From: Trueperaceae bacterium
GTDB lineage: Bacteria; Deinococcota; Deinococci; Deinococcales; Trueperaceae
Direction: 5' to 3'
NCBI GenBank assembly: GCA_965213705.1
Contig: OZ243913.1
Coordinates: 3,552,001-3,616,000, forward strand
DNA: 64,000 nt
The translations under genes were made by a program, and so were the position numbers. The notes under the pieces were generated by a model. It was not told the DNA's origin and searched no databases. It was given only the letters and a program-made list of their open reading frames with translations. Numbering within the stretch: the stretch's first letter is position 1; every line of letters starts with the position of its first letter. Of this stretch, positions 1-10,600 are shown piece after piece.

Positions 1-78
1 CGAGTTGAGCGAAAAGTACACGGAACTCGTTTTCAATTCTCTCAACTACAACGCCCTCAAAGTCAAGGAGGTTCAACG

Positions 79-1047
<969 letters not shown>

Positions 1048-1048
1048 A

Positions 1049-1129
1049 CCCCCCTGCCCGAAGGGCAGCCCCCCTGAAAGGGGGGTGGGGTTTTTGGTGG
1101 CCCGTCCCCCATGCCCCCCTGTCAGGGGG
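1049..1129 (+). repeat. GC-rich multi-hairpin palindromic element (REP-like) between paaA and paaB
   Basis: TGCCC-gaa-GGGCA and CCCCCCT-gaa-AGGGGGG followed by GGGGTTTTT, then CCCCCT-gtc-AGGGGG. Confidence 0.7.
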
Positions 1130-1134
1130 ACCGG

Positions 1135-1704
1135 ATGAGCGCAGCGCCGTCCGGGGGGGTCGACACCCAGTGGCCCCGCTGGGAAGTTTTCAAGCAAGAC
1201 GCCCTTAAAAAACCCCATCAGGCCGTAGGCTCCGTCCACGCGGCCGACGCCGAACACGCGCTGCTCACGGCGCGCAACGTGTTCGCGCGCCGCCCAAACG
1301 CGGTGAGTTTGTGGGTGGTCCCGGCGAGTTCGGTATTTTCGGTGACGGCTGAGGAGTTGGCGGGCTCGAGCCCACGACCCACACCCTCCGAACCTCAAAC
1401 TTACCTCGTCTTTCGCAAAAGCGGCCACCGCCGCAGTATGACCTTTGTCGACCACGTGGGCGAGGTCGAGGCGACCAGTCCGGGGGAAGCGCTCGAGCGA
1501 GCCCTCACGACCTTTGAAGCCGACGACGCCGTAACCTGGTGGCTCGTTCCAAAAAACGTCGTTACCCGCAGCGACGAGGCGGACGTCGAAAGTTGGTTCG
1601 CGCCTGCCAAGACGAAAACCTACAAACAGCAGTCGGCCTACGGGCTCGTCGGCACCCACCCCGGCGCAGCCAAGCGCGGGACCGACGAGGAAGCGCATGA
1701 CTGA
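1135..1704 (+). CDS. paaB: 1,2-phenylacetyl-CoA epoxidase subunit B, tandem-duplicated form
   Basis: WPRWEVFKQ...[23 protein letters not shown]...SLWVVP PaaB motif plus a second degenerate copy; ATG 1135 chosen over 1111. Confidence 0.88.
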   Translation: MSAAPSGGVDTQWPRWEVFKQDALKKPHQAVGSVHAADAEHALLTARNVFARRPNAVSLWVVPASSVFSVTAEELAGSSPRPTPSEPQTYLVFRKSGHRRSMTFVDHVGEVEATSPGEALERALTTFEADDAVTWWLVPKNVVTRSDEADVESWFAPAKTKTYKQQSAYGLVGTHPGAAKRGTDEEAHD

Positions 1705-2473
1705 CCTGACCACAGCCGGCCTGACTTCAACACGCCAAGCGCTCGTTCACAAGCTCACCGCGCTCGCCGACGACGAACTCGTCCTGGCCCACCGCAACAG
1801 CGAGTGGACCGGGCACGCGCCGATTTTGGAAGAGGACATCGCCCTCGCCAACTTGGCCCAGGACGAACTCGGGCACGCCCTGCTCTGGTACGAGTTGCGC
1901 CGGGAGCTGGACGGCAGCAGCCCCGACGAACTGGTCTACTTTCGTCCGGCCGACGCTTACCGCAACGTTCAAATGCTCGAGCTGCCCAAAGGGGACTGGG
2001 GCTTTACGATGCTGCGGCAGTACCTGTTCGACGCCTACGAGTACGTCAATTTGGCGCGGCTCGCCGCGAGTGCTTACGCGCCGCTCGCCGAAACCGTCGC
2101 CAAAATCCGCAAAGAAGAGATGTTCCACCTCCGCCACAGCCACGCCTGGACAGAACGGCTGGGCCTCGGCACGCCAGAGTCCAACCGGCGGATGCAGGGC
2201 GCGCTCGAGACCCTGTGGCCTGCCGCGCAACAACTTTTTTCACCCTTGCCGGACGAACACTTTCTGGTTCAAGACAACATCGTTCCCGCTTTGGCGGAGG
2301 TCGAGGCGGCCTGGCTCGCACACGTCACGCCTCACCTGACGAACTCGGGCTTGAACATCCCTACAAGCTACGCGCCACAAGCCACAAGCCGCGCCGCGCA
2401 CACCGAACACCTCAGCGCTCTGTTAGAAGACCTGCAAGAGGTCGCCCGGCTCGAGCCGCAAGGAACCTGGTAA
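1697..2473 (+). CDS. paaC: 1,2-phenylacetyl-CoA epoxidase subunit C
   Basis: [39 protein letters not shown]; overlaps the paaB stop. Confidence 0.96.
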   Translation: MTDLTTAGLTSTRQALVHKLTALADDELVLAHRNSEWTGHAPILEEDIALANLAQDELGHALLWYELRRELDGSSPDELVYFRPADAYRNVQMLELPKGDWGFTMLRQYLFDAYEYVNLARLAASAYAPLAETVAKIRKEEMFHLRHSHAWTERLGLGTPESNRRMQGALETLWPAAQQLFSPLPDEHFLVQDNIVPALAEVEAAWLAHVTPHLTNSGLNIPTSYAPQATSRAAHTEHLSALLEDLQEVARLEPQGTW

Positions 2474-2961
2474 TGCACACACCCACCACACAAACCGTTT
2501 GGCAAGCCCTGACCGAGGTCAAAGACCCTGAAATCCCGGTCGTCTCGGTCGTGGAGATGGGCATTGTGCGGGACGTCGCGGTGTCCGGCGAAAACGTCAC
2601 CGTCACCATGACGCCTACTTTTTCCGGCTGTCCGGCGCTGCAGGTGATGAAAGACGACATCACTGCGAAGCTGGTCGAGCTGGGCGTCGAACAGGTCGAA
2701 GTAAAAACCGTCCTGTCGCCGCCCTGGAGCACCGACTGGATAACCGACGAGGCCAAAGCCAAGCTGCGCGACTACGGCATTACCCCGCCCGCCCCTGCGG
2801 GTGACGACGGCCTCATACAGCTCGAGCTGTCCCCGTCACAGTGCCCGCGCTGCGGTTCGTTCGACACCACGACGCGCAACACCTTCGGCCCGACGCTGTG
2901 CAAGTCGATTCACACCTGCAACAGCTGCTTGGAACCGTTCGAGGCGTTCAAGTCTTTGTAG
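2473..2961 (+). CDS. paaD: phenylacetyl-CoA epoxidase subunit PaaD (DUF59 + Zn ribbon)
   Basis: VKDPEIPVVSVVEMGIVR, TPTFSGCPA, CPRCGS...CNSCLEPFEAFK; TAATG coupling to paaC (true start lies inside the longer ORF 1804..2961). Confidence 0.95.
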   Translation: MHTPTTQTVWQALTEVKDPEIPVVSVVEMGIVRDVAVSGENVTVTMTPTFSGCPALQVMKDDITAKLVELGVEQVEVKTVLSPPWSTDWITDEAKAKLRDYGITPPAPAGDDGLIQLELSPSQCPRCGSFDTTTRNTFGPTLCKSIHTCNSCLEPFEAFKSL

Positions 2962-2970
2962 GAAGGGTTT

Positions 2971-3648
2971 TCAAAGGGCTGCAGTGAACTTGCAGTCTGG
3001 GTAGTTGGGACAGGCTAGAAAAGACTTACCGGCGTTCACACCTTTTTTTGCCGTTTTGACGACGAGTTCCGCAGTGCAGTTCGGACACATCTTTTCAGAA
3101 GTTTTCACGGCTTGGGTTTGGTTCGAGGGTTGAGCGACAGGTTCAACATCGAGCGGGAAAATCGACCTGAACTGCTCACGAAGTTCGCTCAAGCTGTAGG
3201 CTTGCTTGACCGGAAAGCGGAGCAGGGGGACGCCGGCGGTACGCAGGGCTTCTTCTAAAAAATCGTCTCGTTTTCGACGCCCTGGCGCTTTATGACTCGA
3301 GTCGTCGAGTTCGACGGCGCACAAGACCCTGAAGGTGCTCGGCTCGCACAGGATGAAATCGAGGTGCTTGCGGCTGATGCGGTTGAACGCCGCCTGCCTT
3401 TCGCTGCCGGTGAGCCCTTTTTTGACCTTGATGACGTCGTATAAACTGACTTTGGCAAAAATGCGGTAGCTGTCGCTGACTTGCTCGAGCACGCCCAGGA
3501 ACGAGCGCTCTGCCGGTGAGCACAAAGGTGTTTTCTCATAGGGAAAGTCGGCATTGGGGTTTTGCGGCGACTGTTTAGCCGTTCTCGAAAGCAACAGAAC
3601 AACAAAAATGACTACGGCTGCAACAACCGCTATGATGGTAAAGTCCAT
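2971..3648 (-). CDS. membrane-anchored DUF2726-domain protein with C-terminal topoisomerase-type Zn ribbon
   Basis: N-terminal TM; LCSPAERSFLGVLEQ...KHLDFILC...ELDDSSH...RDDF; CPNC...KSFLACPNYPDCKFT. Confidence 0.85.
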   Translation of the reverse strand: MDFTIIAVVAAVVIFVVLLLSRTAKQSPQNPNADFPYEKTPLCSPAERSFLGVLEQVSDSYRIFAKVSLYDVIKVKKGLTGSERQAAFNRISRKHLDFILCEPSTFRVLCAVELDDSSHKAPGRRKRDDFLEEALRTAGVPLLRFPVKQAYSLSELREQFRSIFPLDVEPVAQPSNQTQAVKTSEKMCPNCTAELVVKTAKKGVNAGKSFLACPNYPDCKFTAAL

Positions 3649-3741
3649 AGTCAATCCTAATTCTGCTCAAAGTCTTTCCGGTTTGGAAAATGTCACACTT
3701 TGGGCTCGGAACGGTAAAAGCCTACAACCTCAGCTAGAGAG

Positions 3742-4917
3742 CTACAACCAGCGCATCGTAAACAGCCGCGCCAGCGCGCGCTCGAGCGGGCTGTGGAGCG
3801 CAGCCTTAACGAGGGCGTTTTTGAGCGGGGCCAGCCGCGTCCTGCGACCCAGGCGCATGTTGACTTCGGCCCGCAACGCCGCTGCTCGTGCCGCCTTTAA
3901 GCGCGCGCGGCTGTAAGCGGCGAACACTTCGTGCCGGTCGTGGTCTTCTCGCAAAACACGCTCGAGGGCTTTAGCCGCTGCGACCGCGTCCAACCAACCC
4001 AGGTTCATTCCCTGTCCACCAATGGGGCTCACCACGTGCGCTGCGTCACCGGCGAGTAAAACGCGCCCCTGCGCCATTTGCTGTGCCCGGTAGTGCTGCA
4101 CCCCAAAGGCGCTGAGCATCGTGTTGGTTGTGGCGGGCAACGTGTGGCCCAGTCGGTCCTGAATCAGACTCGAGAGCGTTTCGGGTGAGGCGTTTTTGAG
4201 GTAAGCGGCGGTTTTGGCGACCCAGCGGCGTTGTCCGCCCGGCACGGGAAAAGACTCGACCAGGCCGCCATCGGTGAGGTAAATGCCCACGTCCGCGCCG
4301 AGCGCTGTGGTGTCCGCGAAGTCGCCCATGAGGTAGGTATCCGGGTAGGGTCGGCCGACGAACGGGATATTCGACAAGCCGCGCACCACGCTGTCCTTGC
4401 CGTCGCAGCCGACGACGAACGCCGCGCTGATATGTTTTGAAGAGGTCTCGGTTCGGTAAGCGACCTCGAGGCCCGCGTCCGTCTCCTGCAGCCCCGTCAC
4501 GCTCGCCTCGCGCAGCAACGACCCCGGCGCGAGTTCGCACAGACGGCGCTCGAGCACCGCTTCCGTTTCAAACTGCGGCAGGGCCAGCACGAAAGGGTAC
4601 GGCCCCGGACAGGTTTGAAAACTGAGGCTGCCCAGAGGGCGCGTGCCCCCGAAAGCGTGGCCGCGCCGCACCTGCACGCCGCGCGCGAGCAACGCCTCGG
4701 CTACCCCGACACGCGCCAAGGCTTCCAGGGCGGGTGGGTGGACGCCGAGGGCGCGTGAGTGCTGCACAGGCTCACGGCGGCGCTCGAGCACTTTGAAAGT
4801 TACCCCTGCTTGTGCGAACAGGCAGCCCAAAAACAGCCCAACCGGCCCGCCGCCCACGACGACGACTTTGGTGTTTTCCAGGGTGTTTTCAGGGGTGTTT
4901 TCCGTTCGCGCGGTCAC
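3742..4917 (-). CDS. FAD-dependent monooxygenase (aromatic-ring hydroxylase family)
   Basis: VVVVGGGPVGL, VGCDG, LAGDAAHVVSPIGGQGMNLG; GTG start at 4917 overlaps the upstream stop (GTGA). Confidence 0.92.
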   Translation of the reverse strand: MTARTENTPENTLENTKVVVVGGGPVGLFLGCLFAQAGVTFKVLERRREPVQHSRALGVHPPALEALARVGVAEALLARGVQVRRGHAFGGTRPLGSLSFQTCPGPYPFVLALPQFETEAVLERRLCELAPGSLLREASVTGLQETDAGLEVAYRTETSSKHISAAFVVGCDGKDSVVRGLSNIPFVGRPYPDTYLMGDFADTTALGADVGIYLTDGGLVESFPVPGGQRRWVAKTAAYLKNASPETLSSLIQDRLGHTLPATTNTMLSAFGVQHYRAQQMAQGRVLLAGDAAHVVSPIGGQGMNLGWLDAVAAAKALERVLREDHDRHEVFAAYSRARLKAARAAALRAEVNMRLGRRTRLAPLKNALVKAALHSPLERALARLFTMRWL

Positions 4918-5600
4918 GGCCGGTAAACGAGAAGGTTGCGGTAGGGAAACGCCGCCTCGACCTCCCAGCCAGGTGGGGCCAAATCCAAAAGTTCCTTCGG
5001 CGTGAAGCTGCGCCGAATCGACCGCAGACCGTCCTCGACGATAAACGAGTCCCGAAAAAAGGGCCGCGTCGCGTTGAAGCCCAGGTAGGCCAGCGCGCTG
5101 CGGCGGATGTCGTTGTGGAGCGCGAGTTTTGTCGCCAAGTGTTCGGAGTCCCGACACAAGCCTTGCAAATGGGCGTCGGTCAGGTGGTGCAACAGGTGAT
5201 TGGAGACGACCACGTCGAACTGTCTACCCGCCGCGACTATTTCCGAAGAAAAGGCTTTCTCGAAAACGACGTTCGGCGGCGAGGGTTGGGCGTGCGCGTA
5301 GGCGAACGCGCGTTCGTCGGGGTCGATGCCGGTGACGTGCAGCTCGAGGCCGTCCCGCTGCGCCCAGCCTGCCAGCCTGCGCGCTAAGTCGCCGCCGCCA
5401 CAGCCGATGTCGAGCAGGGTCGCGGCCGAGCCGGTGAGCCGGGGGCGCAAGTAGAGCGTGTAAACTGAACGCCACGCGGCGAAAATCCGGTTGACGGCCC
5501 CGAATTGCCGGTAAGTGGCATGAAGCCGTTCCAGGCTGCAAGCGGGGTCGTCCATGCGCTCGCGCAAATGGATGGCGCGTTTTGCCAAATCAAGGGTCAC
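4914..5600 (-). CDS. class I SAM-dependent methyltransferase (type III PKS-associated)
   Basis: LLDIGCGGGDL, VTGIDPD, FDVVVSNHLLHHL; ERMDDP N-terminal motif. Confidence 0.9.
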   Translation of the reverse strand: MTLDLAKRAIHLRERMDDPACSLERLHATYRQFGAVNRIFAAWRSVYTLYLRPRLTGSAATLLDIGCGGGDLARRLAGWAQRDGLELHVTGIDPDERAFAYAHAQPSPPNVVFEKAFSSEIVAAGRQFDVVVSNHLLHHLTDAHLQGLCRDSEHLATKLALHNDIRRSALAYLGFNATRPFFRDSFIVEDGLRSIRRSFTPKELLDLAPPGWEVEAAFPYRNLLVYRP

Positions 5601-5630
5601 CGCTACAGCACCACCCCTAAACCGTCGCTC

Positions 5631-6719
5631 TCAAACTACTGAGAACAAACCGCTCTCCACAGTGAGGCCGGGGCCAAAGGCGGTCGCGTACACGCGCTCA
5701 CCTGCCGCCGCCGCCGCCAACACCTCTTTCAAGACGAAAAAAATCGTCGCGCTGCTCATGTTGCCGTAGTTTTTGAGCACGCGCCGCGACGCGTCCAAAC
5801 GGTCGGGTGTCAGCTCCAGAGCGCTCTCTACCTTGTCGAGGATGGCGCGCCCACCGGGGTGAATCGCCCAGTGCGCCACGTCCCTTAGACCGAGGTTTAC
5901 CTCGCCCAAAAAGGGTTCGACCACGCCCTTCATGTTGGTCTCCAGAATCTGCGGCACGTAAGTAGAAAGGACCATGTTGAACCCCTCGTCGCCGATGGTC
6001 CAGGCCATGTCCTGTTCGCCCGTCGGGGTCAGGGTGCTGGCGAGGTGCTCGAGCTGCAACGCCCTACCCGCCGGAGGTTTGCAGCTGACCAGCGCCGCCG
6101 CGCCGCCGTCGGCAAACACCGAGGTCGCGATGATGCTGTCCACGTCCGTGGGGGGACGCAAGTGCAGGGTGCACAGTTCGACCGAGACGACGAGCACGAC
6201 GGCGTTTTCGTCGGCCTCACAAAAAGCTCGCGCCATTCGCAGCGCCGGAAAAGCTGCGTAACAGCCCATAAACCCGACGTGATAGCGCTCCGTCGCGTCG
6301 CTGAGGCCCAAGTCGCGGACGATGCGGTAGTCCGGCCCCGGCGCAAAAAAGCCGGTGCAAGACACGGTTATCACGTGGGTCACCGCGCCCGGCTCTAAAC
6401 TCGGACAGTTCGCCAACGCGCGCCGCGCCGCGCACACGAACAACCGGGTCGCCTCTTCGGTATAGAGGTCGTTGCGCGTTTTCGTGCTCAAGCGTTTGAA
6501 GGTGCCGTCGGCTTCGAAAAAGACGTTGTCCGGCCCACCCTGGCTGAAGTCCCGAATGACGCTGTGCCGCTTGTCGATGCCCGACTGCCGGTATACCCGG
6601 GCGGTCAGGCGCTCGAGCTTGCGGTCACTGAGCCCCGCCGCCATGAGCGCGCCCACCCGCTCCTGAGTGTGAGAAAGGTCCGGCACGACGGTTTCTAAAT
6701 GGTGGACGTAGACGCTCAT
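5631..6719 (-). CDS. type III polyketide synthase (chalcone/stilbene synthase family)
   Basis: Cys-His-Asn triad motifs FMGCYAAF, AIHPGG, YGNMSSAT; ELCTLH, FADGG, FGPGLTVE. Confidence 0.96.
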   Translation of the reverse strand: MSVYVHHLETVVPDLSHTQERVGALMAAGLSDRKLERLTARVYRQSGIDKRHSVIRDFSQGGPDNVFFEADGTFKRLSTKTRNDLYTEEATRLFVCAARRALANCPSLEPGAVTHVITVSCTGFFAPGPDYRIVRDLGLSDATERYHVGFMGCYAAFPALRMARAFCEADENAVVLVVSVELCTLHLRPPTDVDSIIATSVFADGGAAALVSCKPPAGRALQLEHLASTLTPTGEQDMAWTIGDEGFNMVLSTYVPQILETNMKGVVEPFLGEVNLGLRDVAHWAIHPGGRAILDKVESALELTPDRLDASRRVLKNYGNMSSATIFFVLKEVLAAAAAGERVYATAFGPGLTVESGLFSVV

Positions 6720-6800
6720 ACCGCATGATAAGGCCGTCCGGCGGCGTTGAGTGTAGGCGGCAAGTCCTTAACGTTCGGAAGTAGGCGGCCCGCCCGAGAC

Positions 6801-7820
6801 TCAGAAAAACCCCGTCACCCCGAAGCGCAGCCCGTACACCGTGGCAAACTCGGTACGGCTAAAAGTCGGCCCCACCCTCACCTCATAGTCGCTCTCGCTA
6901 TAGGTGTAAAGCAGGCTGCTTATAGTTTGCAGGGCGCTCGAGCCCCCCAAAAAACCGTCCACCAACCCGAAGCTGGCGTTCAGGTCCAGGTTACCCGCGC
7001 CGCCCACCGGTGAGCTAAGCTGTCCTAAGAGTTGCGGGTAGGGCTTCGCTGTGTTGAGAAGCGTCTCTTCAAAGTCCAACTCCGTCCCTGTCGCTGTGTC
7101 AAGCGGGTCAGCCGCGTAAGCCGCTTCAAGCGTCCACAACAGGTCACCCCAAAAGCCGCTCGCGCCCAACGCGCCGCGCCCGTCCCAGGGATTTGCCAGG
7201 AGCCAAGCCTCCCCGTAGACGACGATGTCACCAACCAGGCCGCTGCCGCCCAAGCCCGCCGCGAAGCCGTCTAAGTAAAGAAGATGCGCTTCCAAGTCGA
7301 AACTGGCAAACTCGCGCCGGACGCTCAGCACGCCGCCTAACTGGTCGTCCTGAGTGCGGTAGAGAAGGGCGGGGCGGACGCGCCAGTCCTCGAGATAAAC
7401 ATTAGCTCTCACGCCCAGCAAGCCCAGAGGTTGGCCCAGTCGGTTTACCGGCTCGACGCGAAACGGGACACTCAAGCGGGCGGTCTCGAGCGGCAAGCGC
7501 TCCAGACCCGCACTGAAATCCACCTTGGCCAAACGGTAAAGCCCAAAAGCTTCGGTCAGGCCGGGTTCACCAAAAGTGCTCTCTATCCCGCCGCTCGTGA
7601 CACGCACCGCCGGGTCGAGGACGAGGCGAAAGTCGAGGGGGTCGAGACTATAAGTGGCCTCGAGATGCCCCCGCAAGCTAAGTCCGATACCTTCGTTCAG
7701 TACTTGATTCGTAGAAGCGAAAGAGAGGTCGCCAGCCGCTTCGATTTCACCTCGGTAGCTCAGTTGGGCGAAGGCGAGTGTAGCAGCGAGGAAGGACAGT
7801 AGGAGAAGTAAGACTTTCAT
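6801..7820 (-). CDS. putative outer-membrane beta-barrel protein
   Basis: signal peptide, alternating amphipathic strands, C-terminal YGLRFGVTGFF; last gene of the Lol-like operon. Confidence 0.7.
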   Translation of the reverse strand: MKVLLLLLSFLAATLAFAQLSYRGEIEAAGDLSFASTNQVLNEGIGLSLRGHLEATYSLDPLDFRLVLDPAVRVTSGGIESTFGEPGLTEAFGLYRLAKVDFSAGLERLPLETARLSVPFRVEPVNRLGQPLGLLGVRANVYLEDWRVRPALLYRTQDDQLGGVLSVRREFASFDLEAHLLYLDGFAAGLGGSGLVGDIVVYGEAWLLANPWDGRGALGASGFWGDLLWTLEAAYAADPLDTATGTELDFEETLLNTAKPYPQLLGQLSSPVGGAGNLDLNASFGLVDGFLGGSSALQTISSLLYTYSESDYEVRVGPTFSRTEFATVYGLRFGVTGFF

Positions 7821-7881
7821 TAGAATTTCCTTGAACTAGCAGTTGTCAGTAGGGTTCGGAGCTACTGACCGCTGACTACGT

Positions 7882-8580
7882 TCAAGCAAGCACCGCTTCA
7901 GGCTGGCCCACGCCGACGACGCGCCCGTCCTCCATCTCGACGGTACGTCTCACATGCTCTAAGAGCCTCGGGTCGTGGGTCGAGAACACGAAGGTTACAC
8001 CTTTGTCTTCGTTCAAGCGCTTCATCATCTCGACGAGGTCGCCGCCGGATTTGCTGTCCAGGTTAGCAGTCGGCTCGTCGGCCAGGATGATGTCGGGCTC
8101 GGCGGCAAAGGCGCGTGCGACCGCGACGCGCTGCTGCTGTCCGCCCGAGAGCTGGTTGGGGCGGCGGTCTCGGAACTCCTCCATGCCGAGCGCCTTGAGT
8201 GATGCCAGCGCCCTCGCCTCGCGCTCTTTTTTGCCTACGCCTTGCAGCTCGAGCACGAACGCCGCGTTTTCCAAAGCCGTCAGTACCGGAATAAGGTTGT
8301 AAGCCTGGAACACGTAACCGAGTCGCTCGAGCCGCACCGCAGCCCCCTCTTGTTTGCTGAGCTGGTCGATGCGTCGACCATTGAGATGGACCTCGCCCGA
8401 GGTCGGCTTGTCGAGCCCGCCCATAAGGTGCAGCAGCGTGCTCTTGCCCGAGCCCGAAGGCCCGGCGATGGCGGTGAACTCGCCCTTGTCAATGGTGAGG
8501 TCGACGCCCCTGAGCGCGTCGGTTTTGACGTCGCCGATTTGGTAGGTCTTCTTTAAGTTTTTGACTTCGAACAATGACAT
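7882..8580 (-). CDS. ABC transporter ATP-binding protein (LolD/MacB family)
   Basis: GPSGSGKST, LSGGQQQRV, ADEPTANLD, STHD. Confidence 0.96.
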   Translation of the reverse strand: MSLFEVKNLKKTYQIGDVKTDALRGVDLTIDKGEFTAIAGPSGSGKSTLLHLMGGLDKPTSGEVHLNGRRIDQLSKQEGAAVRLERLGYVFQAYNLIPVLTALENAAFVLELQGVGKKEREARALASLKALGMEEFRDRRPNQLSGGQQQRVAVARAFAAEPDIILADEPTANLDSKSGGDLVEMMKRLNEDKGVTFVFSTHDPRLLEHVRRTVEMEDGRVVGVGQPEAVLA

Positions 8581-8615
8581 TTCTACTTTCCTTTCCGGGG
8601 TGCGTTCTAAAAGCT

Positions 8616-9845
8616 TTAGGCGGTGTAGCGCATCGCCTCGGCGGGTTCGATGTTGGCCGCCATCCGCGCGGGGCCGAGTGCAGCGAAGAAGGCGGTCAGG
8701 ACGGCGAAGCCCACCGCGAGCAGAACCTGCCAGGGCTCAATCGTCAGGTACATGACCGTGGGCAAGCCGACCTCAGCCATCATTTCTTGGGCGTAGCCCG
8801 GCATGGCAAAGCCGTTCGACCCTAGGGCCACCAGCCCTAAGCCGATAGCTAGACCAATCGCTGCGCCCGATAAGCACAGCATCAAACTCTCTAAAGTCAC
8901 CATGCCCATGATTTGCCGTCCTTTAGCCCCTAGGCTGATGATGACGCCGAACTCACGAATGCGCTCCAAAGTGCTCAAGTAAACTGTGTTTAGAACCAGC
9001 AGACCTGCCAGCACGAAGAAAATGAGCGACATGATAGCCATCATGGGCGCGAGGAACTGAACCATCGTCGCCAGACTGGGGTCGATGTCCCGCCAGCCTT
9101 CGACCGCTACGTTCTTGGGTAGGGCGCTTTTGAGGGCGGCGACTTCGCCTGCCGTCTCTGCGTCTTGGTCCAGGGTGTTGACGTTGGGGAAATGAAGCTC
9201 GAGCCGACTCACCGCGTCGGGCGCGGCCAGTTCTTGCGCCGCTAGTAGCGAGAGGTAGACCGCGCTGATTTCGCGGTTGGGGTCTTCGAAGTCGAGTAAG
9301 CCTTCAACCGTATAAGCGGCTGCGCCGTAGCCTTCAGTGCCGGGGGCGTAGACGTACACGTCGTCGCCTAAACCCACCTCGAGCGCGTGAGCGAGCGACT
9401 GACCGAGCATGATGCCCGAGATGTTGTCGCCTTCCACAAACGTTCCTTCCGCGAGGTAGTCGTTGACAAAATCTTCCCGCAGCAGGTCGGGCCAATCCTG
9501 ACCCTGCACCGCCAAACCCCTCGAGCGGTCCTCGCCCGCCACCAAACCGGGAACTTGCAACGAGCCCACCGTCACCGCGTCCGGGAGGGTCTGCGCGACG
9601 GTTTCTCGGACCTCGGCAGCGTTCTCGAGCAGCCCAGCCCCAAAACTCCGCGCGTCCCGGTAGCCTTCGGTGTGAATCTGCACGTTGCCTACTTGGTCGG
9701 TCAAGTCCCCGTACATACCGTTCGTGAGCGCGCCGCCGAAGCTGTACATCACGATGGCAAAGAGCACGACAATCGCCACGGCCAGGATGGAGATGAGGCT
9801 GCGCCGCCCCTGCCGCCACAGGTTGCGCCAGGCTAGGGCTATCAT
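8616..9845 (-). CDS. ABC transporter permease (LolC/E, FtsX-like)
   Basis: LAWRNLWRQGRR, large periplasmic loop, ERIREFGVIISLG, 4-TM topology. Confidence 0.92.
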   Translation of the reverse strand: MIALAWRNLWRQGRRSLISILAVAIVVLFAIVMYSFGGALTNGMYGDLTDQVGNVQIHTEGYRDARSFGAGLLENAAEVRETVAQTLPDAVTVGSLQVPGLVAGEDRSRGLAVQGQDWPDLLREDFVNDYLAEGTFVEGDNISGIMLGQSLAHALEVGLGDDVYVYAPGTEGYGAAAYTVEGLLDFEDPNREISAVYLSLLAAQELAAPDAVSRLELHFPNVNTLDQDAETAGEVAALKSALPKNVAVEGWRDIDPSLATMVQFLAPMMAIMSLIFFVLAGLLVLNTVYLSTLERIREFGVIISLGAKGRQIMGMVTLESLMLCLSGAAIGLAIGLGLVALGSNGFAMPGYAQEMMAEVGLPTVMYLTIEPWQVLLAVGFAVLTAFFAALGPARMAANIEPAEAMRYTA

Positions 9846-10582
9846 TCGCAGGCCCCCTCACGCTCTAAGGCGTTCTGCGTAAAGCACGCTTCAGGAATGT
9901 CCACACCGAAGTTGGCGTCTTGCCAGGTGACGACGGTTCTGCGACCCGGCTCGAGCAAGTCCGTCACCTCGAAACGTTGCGGAATGTAAAGGCCGTCCAC
10001 CTCGGCGTAGTCGGACAGGATGTTCTCTTTCACCGCGTTGCCGCGTTGGTCGTAGTAGGTGATGTTGGTCGGCGCGTAAGAGGGCTTCTCGGCGGTCAGC
10101 TCGACCTTACCGTAAGGCGTCGGCGCGTTCGCGTTGGGGATGAGTTCTAAGGTAACGTTCTCGTCCGTTTCCTCTAAAACGCTCGCCTGGTAGTTTTCCT
10201 GAAGGTCGTCTCCGGCTAGGTCGTTATAGGAAATGTCAGAACCTAAAAACGAATCACTTTGACCGCTCGGCGGCAACCTCAGCACGCGTTTCAGGCGCGG
10301 GTTGTAGATGAAAATGTTGTCACCGTCGTTCAAGAAGGCTTGCCCGGCGTCTCGAGGGGGCGCAATCACTCTCGTCAAGCCCTGTTCTTCGCCTTCGCTG
10401 TAGATGCGCATGGTGTAAACGTCTTCCTCGCCGGGGCGGATGACCTGCATGTTTAAGGTCGCCACCTGCGACTCGCCGCGCAGGTTGTTCAGAATAGTGT
10501 CTAAAATGCTCGCCGCGTCCTCTTGGGCACTGGCGAAGCCCAAGCTAAGCAAAATGGTTAGGGCAATGATAAGGCTTTTCAT
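9842..10582 (-). CDS. LolA-like outer-membrane lipoprotein-sorting protein
   Basis: signal peptide; PPRDAGQAFL...IYNPRLKRVLRL...SFLGSDISYNDL pattern of LolA_like proteins. Confidence 0.85.
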   Translation of the reverse strand: MKSLIIALTILLSLGFASAQEDAASILDTILNNLRGESQVATLNMQVIRPGEEDVYTMRIYSEGEEQGLTRVIAPPRDAGQAFLNDGDNIFIYNPRLKRVLRLPPSGQSDSFLGSDISYNDLAGDDLQENYQASVLEETDENVTLELIPNANAPTPYGKVELTAEKPSYAPTNITYYDQRGNAVKENILSDYAEVDGLYIPQRFEVTDLLEPGRRTVVTWQDANFGVDIPEACFTQNALEREGACE

Positions 10583-10600
10583 GGGAATTCCTTTCCGAAA

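Noticed and set aside
1804..2472. N-terminal extension of the 385-aa ORF containing paaD
   Set aside because: Overlaps paaC out of frame; PaaD homology begins at the coupled ATG 2473.
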